Source: a virus (Duplodnaviria > Caudoviricetes). From it: a stretch of 38,864 bases of DNA. Numbering within the stretch: position 1 is the stretch's first letter; each line of letters begins with the position of its first letter. Of this stretch, positions 15,357 through 25,314 are shown in pieces. The stretch covers positions 1-38,864 of the IMG/VR virus record IMGVR_UViG_3300048850_000024; one strand, given 5' to 3'. Made by a program: the position numbers and the translations under genes. The notes under the pieces were generated by a model, which did no database searches, was not told the origin of the DNA, and worked only from the letters and a program-made list of their open reading frames with translations.

Positions 15357-16511
15357 ATGCCGTTTACTCGTGAGCAGGTGCTTGAGCTAGCCAGAAATGC
15401 TGGCCTGTTCACTGGAGACGTGCTGCGCGGCGCAAACAACGAGATCGCCGGTACCGTCTCCGGGCCTGTCGATCTGATCGCCGCAGGACTGAACAAGATC
15501 GGCGTCCCGGTTGGTTCTGAGCCGATTGGCGGCAGCGCGTGGATGGCGCAACACGGCCTCACCTCGCCGGTAAATAACGAGGCTGCCGGGCTGCTTGGGC
15601 AGGTTGTAGGGCTGGCGGCACCCGTAGCCGTCGCAGCCAAAGCGCCTCAACTGGCGGGAGGATTACTGTCCTTCATTGACGACCTCGGCAGCGGGTCGAG
15701 AGCTGTGCGTAGTGCGGCTGAAACCCCTTTGGAATCAGTGACGTACACGTCGGCGAATGGTAAAATGAACGTCCCTAGCGATGTTCCGCAGAGGCCATTC
15801 CATGACGATTACCCAGGCGCAGTTGGAGGCGACTTCGGCCAGCCTTTGGCAACAGACATTGACGGCCGCACAATCTTCCCCGGAGCGACGATTGCAGGCC
15901 GGCGAAGCGTGGGTGGCCCGGATATCCCGCTCAGTGAGGGCGAGGTTAACGACGTACTCGAACGGCTTGGCGTGGGTACGCAGGGAGTTCCCCGAGCAGG
16001 TCCCGCTCTACGTGGAGACCCTGGCAGATATGTCCGAGGACCAGGCAAAGGCGGAAAGGTAAGCCGCACGGTTTCATACGCCGATGATCTGCCGTCGGAC
16101 CAGGCCAACGTGGTTGTCAACCATGAGCTGGGCCACGTCGTGGAGGATTTGGCCTATGGGCGGTCAATCCCCACGAATGGGATCAAGAAGGAATTGCTGA
16201 GCAACTACGAGCAATTGAACACTCCCGCCAATTTCAAGCCAGGCCGAGGCGCAACGCCTTCAACGTATGGGTATCCGGAATCTCAGGCAGATGCGGAGTT
16301 GATCGCCGAAGCGTTCCGACACTACATCAGCAATCCAAACTCGATGAAGTCGAAGTTTCCCAAGACGGCCGCCCGCCTTCGCGAGTACATCAATACGAAC
16401 GAGAACCTGAACGAGTATCTGCATCTGAACTCCCTCGCGCCAGTCGCCCCGCTGGGGTTGTTGTCCCTGACCGGGGATACCGACACACCGGACGATTCTG
16501 GCACTCCCTGA
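15357..16511 (+). CDS. Protein with ejection-protein-like Gly/Ala-rich N-terminus and C-terminal zincin metallopeptidase domain
   Basis: HELGH plus downstream ELIAEAF, N-terminal GPVDLIAAGL...PIGGSAW. Confidence 0.75.
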   Translation: MPFTREQVLELARNAGLFTGDVLRGANNEIAGTVSGPVDLIAAGLNKIGVPVGSEPIGGSAWMAQHGLTSPVNNEAAGLLGQVVGLAAPVAVAAKAPQLAGGLLSFIDDLGSGSRAVRSAAETPLESVTYTSANGKMNVPSDVPQRPFHDDYPGAVGGDFGQPLATDIDGRTIFPGATIAGRRSVGGPDIPLSEGEVNDVLERLGVGTQGVPRAGPALRGDPGRYVRGPGKGGKVSRTVSYADDLPSDQANVVVNHELGHVVEDLAYGRSIPTNGIKKELLSNYEQLNTPANFKPGRGATPSTYGYPESQADAELIAEAFRHYISNPNSMKSKFPKTAARLREYINTNENLNEYLHLNSLAPVAPLGLLSLTGDTDTPDDSGTP

Positions 16512-16537
16512 CGAGAGCATTCCCTCCTATTCGATCC

Positions 16538-16560
16538 AAGCCGCCTAGAGCGGCTTTTTT
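16538..16560 (+). terminator. Rho-independent terminator
   Basis: AAGCCGC/GCGGCTT stem plus T6. Confidence 0.8.
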
Positions 16561-16572
16561 GTTGGCCAAGAA

Positions 16573-17013
16573 ATGAGCATAGGGCGTCCTTCCTCCTATA
16601 CGGATGAAACGGCAGCCCTGATATGCGCTCGCCTGGCCGAAGGAGAAAGCCTGCGGACGATCTGCAAGGCCGACGACATGCCGGGCTTTTCGACGGTTAT
16701 GCGTTGGCTGGCTGACAACTCTGCCTTCCGGGATCAATACGCGCGCGCGAGGGAAGCCCAGGCAGACAAGCTGGCAGAGGAAATCCTGGAGATTGCCGAC
16801 GACGGCCGGAACGATACGTACACAGACGACGACGGCAACGAGCGGACGAATCAAGAGGTTGTCGCTCGCTCTCGCCTGCGCGTGGATGCCCGCAAGTGGC
16901 TCGCGTCCAAGATGGCCCCGAAGAAGTACGGCGACAAGATCGAGCACGTCGGCAACCCGGACGAGCCGCTGAACATGGCTCTGACGATCAAGTTCAAAGC
17001 GCCAGGGGAATAG
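16573..17013 (+). CDS. terS: Terminase small subunit (Sf6-like)
   Basis: GRPSSYT...GESLRTIC...RLRVDARKWLASKMAPKKYGDK. Confidence 0.93.
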   Translation: MSIGRPSSYTDETAALICARLAEGESLRTICKADDMPGFSTVMRWLADNSAFRDQYARAREAQADKLAEEILEIADDGRNDTYTDDDGNERTNQEVVARSRLRVDARKWLASKMAPKKYGDKIEHVGNPDEPLNMALTIKFKAPGE

Positions 17014-18279
17014 ATGGGCGCGCGCGATCTGCCGGTATTGGAGTTCCCCGAGAAGCTCCAATGCCTGTTCCGTCCTGCGCGCTACAAGGTGGCGCACGGT
17101 GGGCGGGGGTCGGCTAAGTCGTGGTCATTTGCGCGGGCGCTGCTGGCCCTGGGCGCGCAACGAAAGCTTCGGATCCTCTGCACGCGGGAGGTGCAGAAGT
17201 CCATCAAGGATTCGGTACACAAGCTGCTGAAAGACCAGATAGAGGCAATTGGCCTGGGCTGGTTCTATGAAGTCCTGACGACCGAGATCCGCGGCGCCAA
17301 CGGCACCGAATTCCTGTTCACTGGCCTATCTGACCAGACTGCAGAGACGATCAAGTCTTTCGAAGGCTGCGATATCTGCTGGGTAGAGGAAGCCAAGAAC
17401 GTAAGCAAGAAGTCTTGGAACATCCTGATTCCGACGATCCGCAAGGACGGCTCCGAAATCTGGGTTTCGTTCAACCCGGAATTGGATACCGACGAGACGT
17501 ATTCGCGCTTCGTGCTGAATCCCCCGGATAACGCAGTCGTCGTCCAGATCAACTACAGCGATAACGCGTGGTTCCCTGCGGTGCTGGAGCAGGAGCGGAT
17601 CGACTGCCTGAAGCGCGACCCGAAGGGATACGCCCAGATATGGGAAGGCAAGTGCCTGCCGGCCGTGGCGGGGGCGATCTACTACGACGAGATACAGGCC
17701 GCCCAGGAGCAGGGGCGCATCGCCAGCGTGCCGTATGACCCGATGCTGAAGGTGCACGTCATCTTCGACTTGGGATGGAACGACGCCATGTCGATATCCC
17801 TGGTGCAGAAGCTGCGGTCAGAGATTCGGGTAATCGAGAACATCGAGAACAGCCATAAGACGCTGGATTGGTACTCGGCGGAGCTGCGCAAGCGAAACAT
17901 GAACTGGGGCAAGCTGTTCCTGCCCCACGATGGCCGCAACAAGGATTTCAAGACGGGAAAGAGTGCCGAGGAAATCATGCAGGCGCTGGGGTGGGACGTG
18001 GCAATCACGCCGAACATGCCTATCGAGCATGGCATCCGCATGGTCCGCATGGCTTTCCCGCAGATGGTCTTTGACAAGGTGAAGGCCGACCGCATCATCC
18101 AGTGCGCCAAGCGCTACCGCCGCAGCATCAACCAACAGACAAACGAGCCCGGGGCACCTATGCACGACGAGTGGAGCCACGGGGCGGACAACTTGCGGTA
18201 CATCGCAATCAACGCAGAGCAGATGACAAACGAAGATTGGGGCGGACCGCTCAACTATCCCAGCTTGGGGACGTTCTGA
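17014..18279 (+). CDS. terL: Terminase large subunit (PBSX type)
   Basis: GGRGSAKS Walker A, WVEEA Walker B, SFNP, DLG and HGAD nuclease motifs. Confidence 0.96.
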   Translation: MGARDLPVLEFPEKLQCLFRPARYKVAHGGRGSAKSWSFARALLALGAQRKLRILCTREVQKSIKDSVHKLLKDQIEAIGLGWFYEVLTTEIRGANGTEFLFTGLSDQTAETIKSFEGCDICWVEEAKNVSKKSWNILIPTIRKDGSEIWVSFNPELDTDETYSRFVLNPPDNAVVVQINYSDNAWFPAVLEQERIDCLKRDPKGYAQIWEGKCLPAVAGAIYYDEIQAAQEQGRIASVPYDPMLKVHVIFDLGWNDAMSISLVQKLRSEIRVIENIENSHKTLDWYSAELRKRNMNWGKLFLPHDGRNKDFKTGKSAEEIMQALGWDVAITPNMPIEHGIRMVRMAFPQMVFDKVKADRIIQCAKRYRRSINQQTNEPGAPMHDEWSHGADNLRYIAINAEQMTNEDWGGPLNYPSLGTF

Positions 18280-20426
18280 TGGCTAAGCTATCGGATGACG
18301 AGTTTCACAAGATTCTGGACAGCCAGATCAACGAGGCTGCCTCCTGGCAGGAAGAGCACCTCAAGGACGACCGCGACCGGAACTATCGATACTACTTGGG
18401 CGGTGCTGACCCTGCGCCTGAAGGGCGGTCGCAGGCTGTGTCCTGGGACGTGTACGAGACGGTCGAATCGGCGCTCCCTGACCTGATCGAAATCTTCCTG
18501 TCTGGGGATAACGTCGCGGAGTTTGAGCCGGTAGGGGAGGAAGACGAGGCGTATTCGGAGCAGGCGACCGACTACATCAACTACATCTTCCTGAAGCAGA
18601 ATCCCGGGTTCCTTATCATGAACACCTGGATCAAGGACGCGCTGCTGTCCAAGATCGGGATTGTTCGGGCGTACTGGGCCGAGTGCGAGAAGGTCACCAA
18701 GAAAGACTACACGGGGATAGACGAGGACCAACTTACACAGTTGCTGTCTGATCCGGATTCGGAGGTAGTGGAACAGTCCACAAGTGACGATCCGCAGGAC
18801 GTGGCGGCGCGTGAGTCTGCATCCCAGATGCTGAACACCCTGGCGCCTGACATGCGCGCCCAGGTGCAGGCGTACCTGGATTCACCCATTCGCCAGTTGT
18901 ACGACGTGACGATCAAGACGACCCGCAAGAAGGGCCGGATCTACATCGACAACGTACAGCCGGAAAACTTTATCGTGACGCCTCGGGCCAAGAACATGGG
19001 CGCGGCCGATATCGTGGGCGAGATGAAGTACATGTCTCGTTCTGACATGCGCGAGGCTGGCTACCCGAAAGCCAAGGTTAAGGAAGTCCAGTCCTTCGAC
19101 ACCGTGCTGTCCGAGGATGGCGGGATTGCCCAGACCGCGAACGACGAGACGGAATCGGCCAGGGACACGCAGGAGTACCCGGACGACGCGACGGAACAGG
19201 TTCTGGTCTTCGACGGCTTTATTCGCCTGGATTACGACGGCGACGGGATAGCCGAGTGGCGGCGGGTTGTCCGAGGTGGAAACCTGACGCTGGTCAACGA
19301 GGAAGCGGAAGACCATGACTTCGTGGTCATGTCCCCGATCCTGATCCCGCACCGGCTGGTGGGGATGGCGCTGGCCGATCCAGTTGTGCCGATCCAGCAG
19401 AGCAGCACGGCGATGCAGCGCCAGTACATCGATTCCCTGATGCTGGCGAACAATCCGCGCACGTATGTCAACACCCAGGCTGGGGTAAATCTGGACGACC
19501 TGCTGAACAACCGGATCGGCGGCATTGTCCGGGGGCAGCAGCCGATGCAGAATGCCATCTCGCCCCTGGTGACCGCCAACGTTGCGGACTCGGCGCTCCA
19601 GGGCATCGAGTTCATGGACAGCCGCAGGGAGGCGCGTACCGGGATCACCCGCTACAACCAGGGACTGGACGCCGACAGCCTGAACAAGACCGCGACCGGC
19701 GTGCAGAAGATCATGACGGCGGGAGATCGGCGGAAGCTGATGATGGCCCGAATCATGGCGGAGACAGGCGTAAAGGACCTGTTCCGCCTCCTGCTGCGTC
19801 TGGTCACGTCGAACCAAGACAAGCCCGCTACGGTCCGCCTACGCAATCAGTGGGTGCAGGTCGATCCGTCGCCCTGGTCGCCTGAGATGGACGTGACTAT
19901 CGAGACGGGGCTGGGGACCGGAGACAAGTCGCAGTTGGTGGCGATCCTGGGGCAGATTCTGGGCATCCAGAAAGAAGCCCTGATGGCGAAGATTCCGCTT
20001 GTGGACTTGAAGAATGTCTACAACACGCTCTCCCAGATGATCAAGGCCGCGGGGCTGAAGACGCCGGAGAAGTATTTCACCGATCCGGAGAACGCTCCGC
20101 CCCAGCCACCCCAGGAAGCCCCGAACGACCAAGACCCGAACGCCACCGCACTGGCCCAGGCGCAAGTAGAGTCCGCCCGCTTGCAGCTACAGGGCAAGCA
20201 GATGCAGATTCAGGCCGACATGGAGAAGACCGCCGCTGAGCTGGAGATCGAGAAGGTAAGGCTCCAGCAGCAGCAAGTACAGCTTCAGATCAAGCAGGCC
20301 GAACTTGCATTGAAGCAAGCGGAAGCCGGCGCAAAGGCTGGGCTTGCTGCTCGCGAGCAGGACCGCAAGGACTTCGAGACCATCGCCAACGCGAGCCGCC
20401 CGCAGGTGCCCAATGCAGCTATCTGA
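18279..20426 (+). CDS. Portal protein (P22-like, C-terminal coiled-coil barrel)
   Basis: 715 aa after terL, FEPVGEED, RTGITRYNQG, Q/E-rich coil. Confidence 0.92.
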   Translation: MAKLSDDEFHKILDSQINEAASWQEEHLKDDRDRNYRYYLGGADPAPEGRSQAVSWDVYETVESALPDLIEIFLSGDNVAEFEPVGEEDEAYSEQATDYINYIFLKQNPGFLIMNTWIKDALLSKIGIVRAYWAECEKVTKKDYTGIDEDQLTQLLSDPDSEVVEQSTSDDPQDVAARESASQMLNTLAPDMRAQVQAYLDSPIRQLYDVTIKTTRKKGRIYIDNVQPENFIVTPRAKNMGAADIVGEMKYMSRSDMREAGYPKAKVKEVQSFDTVLSEDGGIAQTANDETESARDTQEYPDDATEQVLVFDGFIRLDYDGDGIAEWRRVVRGGNLTLVNEEAEDHDFVVMSPILIPHRLVGMALADPVVPIQQSSTAMQRQYIDSLMLANNPRTYVNTQAGVNLDDLLNNRIGGIVRGQQPMQNAISPLVTANVADSALQGIEFMDSRREARTGITRYNQGLDADSLNKTATGVQKIMTAGDRRKLMMARIMAETGVKDLFRLLLRLVTSNQDKPATVRLRNQWVQVDPSPWSPEMDVTIETGLGTGDKSQLVAILGQILGIQKEALMAKIPLVDLKNVYNTLSQMIKAAGLKTPEKYFTDPENAPPQPPQEAPNDQDPNATALAQAQVESARLQLQGKQMQIQADMEKTAAELEIEKVRLQQQQVQLQIKQAELALKQAEAGAKAGLAAREQDRKDFETIANASRPQVPNAAI

Positions 20427-20733
20427 GCAAGACCAGAAGGATTTCGACCGGTCGATCCAGGCCGAACGGATCATGCAGGAGCCGCTTGTCCTGGAAGCGC
20501 TTGCGACCATGGATCGAGACATCCATGCATTGTGGTCTGGTGAGGACATCCCTGATGGTGTCGTGCTCGGTGCAGCGGAGCGCGAAGAGTTGTACCGCAT
20601 GCTGCAAGCGAAGAACCGATTTATAGCCGCCTTCGAGCGCTATTTGCAGAATGGTGCAACCGCGCGCCATATCCTGGGCCACGAGCCCCCGCGAAAGACC
20701 TTCCTGCAACGAATCAAGGAGTATTTGAAATGA
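20413..20733 (+). CDS. Conserved head-region protein after portal
   Basis: Overlaps the portal end, REELYRML motif. Confidence 0.7.
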   Translation: MQLSEQDQKDFDRSIQAERIMQEPLVLEALATMDRDIHALWSGEDIPDGVVLGAAEREELYRMLQAKNRFIAAFERYLQNGATARHILGHEPPRKTFLQRIKEYLK

Positions 20734-21140
20734 AGAACCAAGACAAAGCGCAGCAGAAGCAATTGGTGAAAGGCCAGCAGACGGGCGGCTCGAATGACGC
20801 CGTGACGCCTGCGGACGTTCACGTCGAGCCGGTCAAGCCCGAAGCGCCGCCCGCGAAGCCCCCAGTTGTGGGCCAGCACGACGCAACGCAAACCCAGGTC
20901 GAGTACGCCGCGAAGGCCGAGTTGGAAGTGCCGGCCAAGGATCAAGCCCTGGACCTGCCGAAGTTCGACGCCTTTGTGCGCAAGCACGAGGACGCGGCGG
21001 CGGCAATGGGCCTGGTTGTCACTGGCCTGACTCACCCTGACGCACCCGATACGAACGGCATCTACCAAGGCCGTGACGCCGGTATCCGCGTCGCCAAGGG
21101 TCCGGCCTCGGCCCAGTACAGCGACGGCTCCAAGCACTGA
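20730..21140 (+). CDS. Hypothetical head-region protein
   Basis: AAGGAG RBS, ATGA coupling. Confidence 0.7.
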   Translation: MKNQDKAQQKQLVKGQQTGGSNDAVTPADVHVEPVKPEAPPAKPPVVGQHDATQTQVEYAAKAELEVPAKDQALDLPKFDAFVRKHEDAAAAMGLVVTGLTHPDAPDTNGIYQGRDAGIRVAKGPASAQYSDGSKH

Positions 21141-21196
21141 TTTTTACGGGCCTGCTGCCAGCCCTTGATGGCAGCCGTAAGAAAGACCAACCGACC

Positions 21197-21221
21197 AGCC
21201 GCCCATTGAGGCGGCTTTTTT
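21197..21221 (+). terminator. Terminator-like hairpin before the scaffold gene
   Basis: AGCCGC/GCGGCT stem plus T6. Confidence 0.7.
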
Positions 21222-21252
21222 GTTGGAGTCAAACCTTATATGGATGCAAGCA

Positions 21253-22224
21253 ATGCCTGAAGATTTCACCCTGGAAAGTCTGGCCGCAACGCTGGAAGCG
21301 GAATCGCAAGTAGATGACGCGCGCGAAGACGAGGAAGCCCAACCGGAAACGGAGGCTGAGACGGACGAGCCCAGCGAAGAAGGCCAGGAGCAGGAGCCCA
21401 CCGAACACGAGGGCGCCGAGTCGGAGGAACCCGAGGAAGGCGAGGGCGATCAACCCGAAGGGGAATCGCTGGAGGACCGCGTAATCAAGTGGAAGACTGC
21501 CGATGGAACCGAGTACGAGGCACCTGTAAAGGAATTGCAGGCCGGGTACATGCGTCAGCAGGACTACACGCAGAAGACTCAAGCCTTGTCCAAGGAGCGT
21601 GAGCAGGCGGAAAGCGAAATCCAGACCCGGGCGCAGCAGCAGTTGCAGGCCCTGAATCTGTACGGCGAGAAGATTGGCGAACTCCACATGGCGAAAGCAG
21701 CCGTGGCGCATCTGGAATCTGCTTTGCAGCAGATCAACCGCGAAGATGACCCGTCCCGCTACGCCCTGGTGCAGTCCGACCTAGCGAACGCCCGACAGCA
21801 GGCGAAGGAACTGACCGAGCGGCTCGGACAAGCGAATCAGCTTATGCAGTCCCAGCAGGCGGAGCTTGTGAAGAAGGCCCAGCAGGAGGCAGCCAAGGTA
21901 TTGGCCGCTGAAATGCCGGACTTCCCCAAGCGGCTGGAAGCGTGGAACAAGCATGCGGTCAATACCTACGGCTTCTCGCCGCAGGAACTTAGCCGTGTGA
22001 CCGACCCGCGCGTATTCCGCATGTTGGATGACGCGGTGAAGTACCGCGATCTGCAAACCCGCAAGCCGGAAGCTGTGAAGAAGGCTGCTGCGGCTCCCAA
22101 GAAGCCCGCGAAGCAGACCCGATCCACGCCTCCATCTTCCATTGACAAGGCCCTCAAGCGCCACGAAGCCCAGCGGGATGTGCATTCCCTGGCAGCGCTG
22201 TTGGCCGCATCTCGAAAGGACTGA
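21253..22224 (+). CDS. Capsid scaffolding protein
   Basis: Acidic N-terminus, GYMRQQDYTQKTQAL, coiled coil, before the capsid gene. Alternative start 21244. Confidence 0.85.
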   Translation: MPEDFTLESLAATLEAESQVDDAREDEEAQPETEAETDEPSEEGQEQEPTEHEGAESEEPEEGEGDQPEGESLEDRVIKWKTADGTEYEAPVKELQAGYMRQQDYTQKTQALSKEREQAESEIQTRAQQQLQALNLYGEKIGELHMAKAAVAHLESALQQINREDDPSRYALVQSDLANARQQAKELTERLGQANQLMQSQQAELVKKAQQEAAKVLAAEMPDFPKRLEAWNKHAVNTYGFSPQELSRVTDPRVFRMLDDAVKYRDLQTRKPEAVKKAAAAPKKPAKQTRSTPPSSIDKALKRHEAQRDVHSLAALLAASRKD

Positions 22225-22228
22225 AATC

Positions 22229-23173
22229 ATGGCAAAACTCGCGAACAGCTTTGGCACCTACGACGCCGTAGGGGACAAGGAAGAGGTAGACGACCAAATC
22301 TACCGCACCGATCCGGAGGAAACGCCCTTTATCTCGGCTATCGGCCGAGGCAAGGCGTCTTCGGTGAATCCGGAGTGGCAGACCGACGCCCTGGAAGCGC
22401 CGACCAACAACAAGGTGGTTCAGGGCAACGAGCCCACGCCGAACGCTCTGACTCCCACGGTCATGCTGAGCAACCGTACCCAAATCTCGGAAAAGACCTA
22501 CGCGGTCACCGAGACCCAGGAGGCGGTGGACAAGTATGGCCGCAAGTCGGAAGTCGCGTACCAGGACGCGAAGAAGATGATCGAGCTCAAGCGAGATATC
22601 GAATTCGCTGCGCTGCAAAACTCGACCGCCATCGCTGCGGCCACGGCGACCGCTCCCCAAGCGCGCGGTGTGCTCGGCTTCATCTACGAGAACACCAGCA
22701 TCGCGCCGGACGGTGCGGACCCCAATCCGATGACCAACACGGCGCAGACGGACGGCACGCAACGGGCGTTCACCGAGGCTCTGCTGAACGAAGCGGCGAC
22801 CAAGGCGTGGGATAACGGTGCGAAGTCGAACCTGGCGCTCTATGTCCCCTCGTCGCAGCGGGCGGTGTTCTCCGGCTTCGACGCCAACAGCACCAAGTTC
22901 ACCGTGACCAAGGACACGACGCTGAACGCCACCATCGACGTTTACCGGGGTGACTTCGGTATCTACAAGGTCATCAACAGCCGCTACCAGCGGCAGCGCG
23001 AGGTGTTCGGCATCGATACCAGCCAGTGGACGCAGTTGGTCCTGCGCCCGATGAAGGCGATTGATCTGGCGAAGACCGGCGACAACCGCAAGCGCATGGT
23101 GAATACCGAGTGGACGCTGAAGTGCAAGGCCCCGCTTGGTAACTTTGCCATCCGAGACCTCACCACGGCGTAA
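22229..23173 (+). CDS. Major capsid protein (SU10/DUF5309-like)
   Basis: PEETPF, EWQTDAL, NRTQI, ELKRDIE, LAKTGD. Confidence 0.92.
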   Translation: MAKLANSFGTYDAVGDKEEVDDQIYRTDPEETPFISAIGRGKASSVNPEWQTDALEAPTNNKVVQGNEPTPNALTPTVMLSNRTQISEKTYAVTETQEAVDKYGRKSEVAYQDAKKMIELKRDIEFAALQNSTAIAAATATAPQARGVLGFIYENTSIAPDGADPNPMTNTAQTDGTQRAFTEALLNEAATKAWDNGAKSNLALYVPSSQRAVFSGFDANSTKFTVTKDTTLNATIDVYRGDFGIYKVINSRYQRQREVFGIDTSQWTQLVLRPMKAIDLAKTGDNRKRMVNTEWTLKCKAPLGNFAIRDLTTA

Positions 23174-23178
23174 GGAGC

Positions 23179-23206
23179 ATGGCCCGGAGAAATCCGGGCC
23201 ATTTTT
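23179..23206 (+). terminator. Terminator after the capsid gene
   Basis: ATGGCCCGGA-GAAA-TCCGGGCCAT plus T-run. Confidence 0.8.
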
Positions 23207-23208
23207 AC

Positions 23209-23523
23209 ATGACCGCACGAATTCTCACGCAGCGTCCCGGCAAGGTCACTCGCTTCCTTGAGGCGGACGGCAAGTTTGCCATCGAGACCATACAGGACGT
23301 TGAGCCGGTGCTTGAGCACGCCAAGGCTTTGCACAACGAGGGACGACATACCCGGCCTGGCGGTGACCGCCATCTGGCGCGCATCCCCATTGTTGTCCTC
23401 GATGCCTGGGCCAAACGTCGCGGCGTGGGATTTGACGACGTAATGCGGGATGTGCGGCTGTTGGAGCAGTTCCTGAATGACCCGGATCACAGCAATTTCC
23501 GCGTGGACAAGAGGCCCGTATGA
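23209..23523 (+). CDS. Conserved virion-module protein
   Basis: QDVEPVLE...ARIP...FLNDPD motif common after this capsid type. Confidence 0.75.
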   Translation: MTARILTQRPGKVTRFLEADGKFAIETIQDVEPVLEHAKALHNEGRHTRPGGDRHLARIPIVVLDAWAKRRGVGFDDVMRDVRLLEQFLNDPDHSNFRVDKRPV

Positions 23524-24101
23524 GCTTTGAGAGCTACGACGCCCTGGTCACGTCCATTGCAGGCTGGATCAAGCGTAAGGACCAACAGGCGCGGATTCCT
23601 GACTTCATCACGCTGTTTGAGAAGCGCATGAACCGGGTTCTGCGCACGTCCCGGCAGCGGACCACGGCAGCGCTTGCTGTCTACGCTGGATCCGCTGTAC
23701 TGCCTGACGACTTCCTGGAGCCCATCGCGATTGACGACGGGGTGAACGAGCTTGGATTGCTGACGACCCTTCAGTACGGGCCTACCCAACTTGATTCCGG
23801 CTACTACGCGCTGGAGAACGGGATGATCCGCGTCTCGGGCACTACGGCATTGATCAACCTGCGCTACTACGCCCGTATTCCTGCCCTCGGCACGGGCAAC
23901 CCAAGCAATTGGGTGCTGGATCATCACCCCGACGCCTACCTTTTCGGCGCCCTGACCGAGGCCGAGCCGTACCTGTTGAACGATGACCGTATGCCGATGT
24001 GGAAGGACCGTGGCGACACGGCTATCCAGGCTATCCAGTTGGCCGACGATCAAGCCCGCTTCGCGGGTGCGTCGCTCTCGATTGAACGCGCGAGGAAATA
24101 A
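23520..24101 (+). CDS. Head-tail adaptor protein
   Basis: IPDFITLFE, LPDDFL, NWVLDHHPDAYLFGAL. Confidence 0.8.
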   Translation: MSFESYDALVTSIAGWIKRKDQQARIPDFITLFEKRMNRVLRTSRQRTTAALAVYAGSAVLPDDFLEPIAIDDGVNELGLLTTLQYGPTQLDSGYYALENGMIRVSGTTALINLRYYARIPALGTGNPSNWVLDHHPDAYLFGALTEAEPYLLNDDRMPMWKDRGDTAIQAIQLADDQARFAGASLSIERARK

Positions 24102-25303
24102 TGGCTGTTGAGACCACCACTGATATCCAGGGCCTTGACCCCACACGCCCCAATGGAAGTGACCCCAAGGCCGAAGGGGATGATCACCTGCGCTTGCTGA
24201 AGAACGTGCTTCAGCACTGCTTCGCCGGGTTCGATGGTGAGGTGTTGCTTGCTGCGTCGGAGGGACAGGGAGCGACGACGAATGACTACGTTTTGACGCT
24301 TACCCCTGCGCCGACTGCATACGCCGCAAAGACAGCGATCATCTTCCAGGCGACCCACGCCAATACAGGAGCCGCAACCCTAAAACTCGGCGCGCTGTCC
24401 GCTGTGTCGATTCTGAACCCAGAGGGAACCGCGCTGCGTGCGAACGCGATCACTGCGGGCTGCATGGTCATGGTGGTCTGCGACGGGACGAATTTCCGAC
24501 TGATGGCCGGTAATAGCCAGGCAATCTACGACTACGTAGACCAAGCACAATTTCAATCAGCATTGCCCGGCCAAGCGTCGCAAGGAGGAAAGTTCCTGGC
24601 AACGAATGGAACTACGGCGAATTGGAAGGCAGCGCTGCCGACCTATCAGACACCACCCACGGCAAACGAGGGCCCGATTTACGCATGGGGCCATGCCGTC
24701 ATGGAGTGGAACGGCACCGCCTATGCAAGAGTGGTGACGAAGCAGTATGTGGGCCTTGGGAACGTTGACAACACGAGCGACGCCAGTAAGCCCATCAGTA
24801 ATGCGACACAAACGGCGCTGAATTCTAAGTTTGACAAGACCGGCGGCACGATCAACGGGTCGATCTCGGTAACTGGACAAGTGTCTTCCCCCGCCATTGT
24901 TTCCAGCGGGAACACCTACGCGGGTAGCGGTTCGGCGTATCTTGCTCCGGACGGAAACCTAGCCGGGCCAATCTGGGGAGGCGCGCTTAGCACCTACTTA
25001 TCTGGCCAGCTTGGCGGAAAGGTAAACGCCCGCGCCGGCTTCGGAGGGCAGGGATACGTAATCAATAACTCAGCCAATATCGTCGCACTTGCGTGGGACG
25101 GTGTAGGCGTAAACATGGCGGTCGATAACACCGGGTTCGGGCGCTTGTGGACTACGACCATGTTTGATCCGAACACTAAGCAGAACGCTGGCAACTACGT
25201 GGGCGGCTCCGGCGCCACGATTCAAATTGTGTGGGGCGGAAGCATAAACAACGTCCGTCTGGTCATTAACGGCGAAGATCGCGGCCGAATCGTAATGGCC
25301 TGA
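24101..25303 (+). CDS. Tail fiber protein
   Basis: EGDDHLRLLK anchor, ANTGAATL, GLGNVDNTSDASKPIS linker, Gly-rich beta repeats. Confidence 0.85.
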   Translation: MAVETTTDIQGLDPTRPNGSDPKAEGDDHLRLLKNVLQHCFAGFDGEVLLAASEGQGATTNDYVLTLTPAPTAYAAKTAIIFQATHANTGAATLKLGALSAVSILNPEGTALRANAITAGCMVMVVCDGTNFRLMAGNSQAIYDYVDQAQFQSALPGQASQGGKFLATNGTTANWKAALPTYQTPPTANEGPIYAWGHAVMEWNGTAYARVVTKQYVGLGNVDNTSDASKPISNATQTALNSKFDKTGGTINGSISVTGQVSSPAIVSSGNTYAGSGSAYLAPDGNLAGPIWGGALSTYLSGQLGGKVNARAGFGGQGYVINNSANIVALAWDGVGVNMAVDNTGFGRLWTTTMFDPNTKQNAGNYVGGSGATIQIVWGGSINNVRLVINGEDRGRIVMA

Positions 25304-25314
25304 TCCAGACTGAA

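Noticed and set aside
15357-16570. Classical polymorphic toxin-immunity pair
   Set aside because: Only about 60 nt containing a terminator separate the gene from terS, leaving no room for an immunity gene
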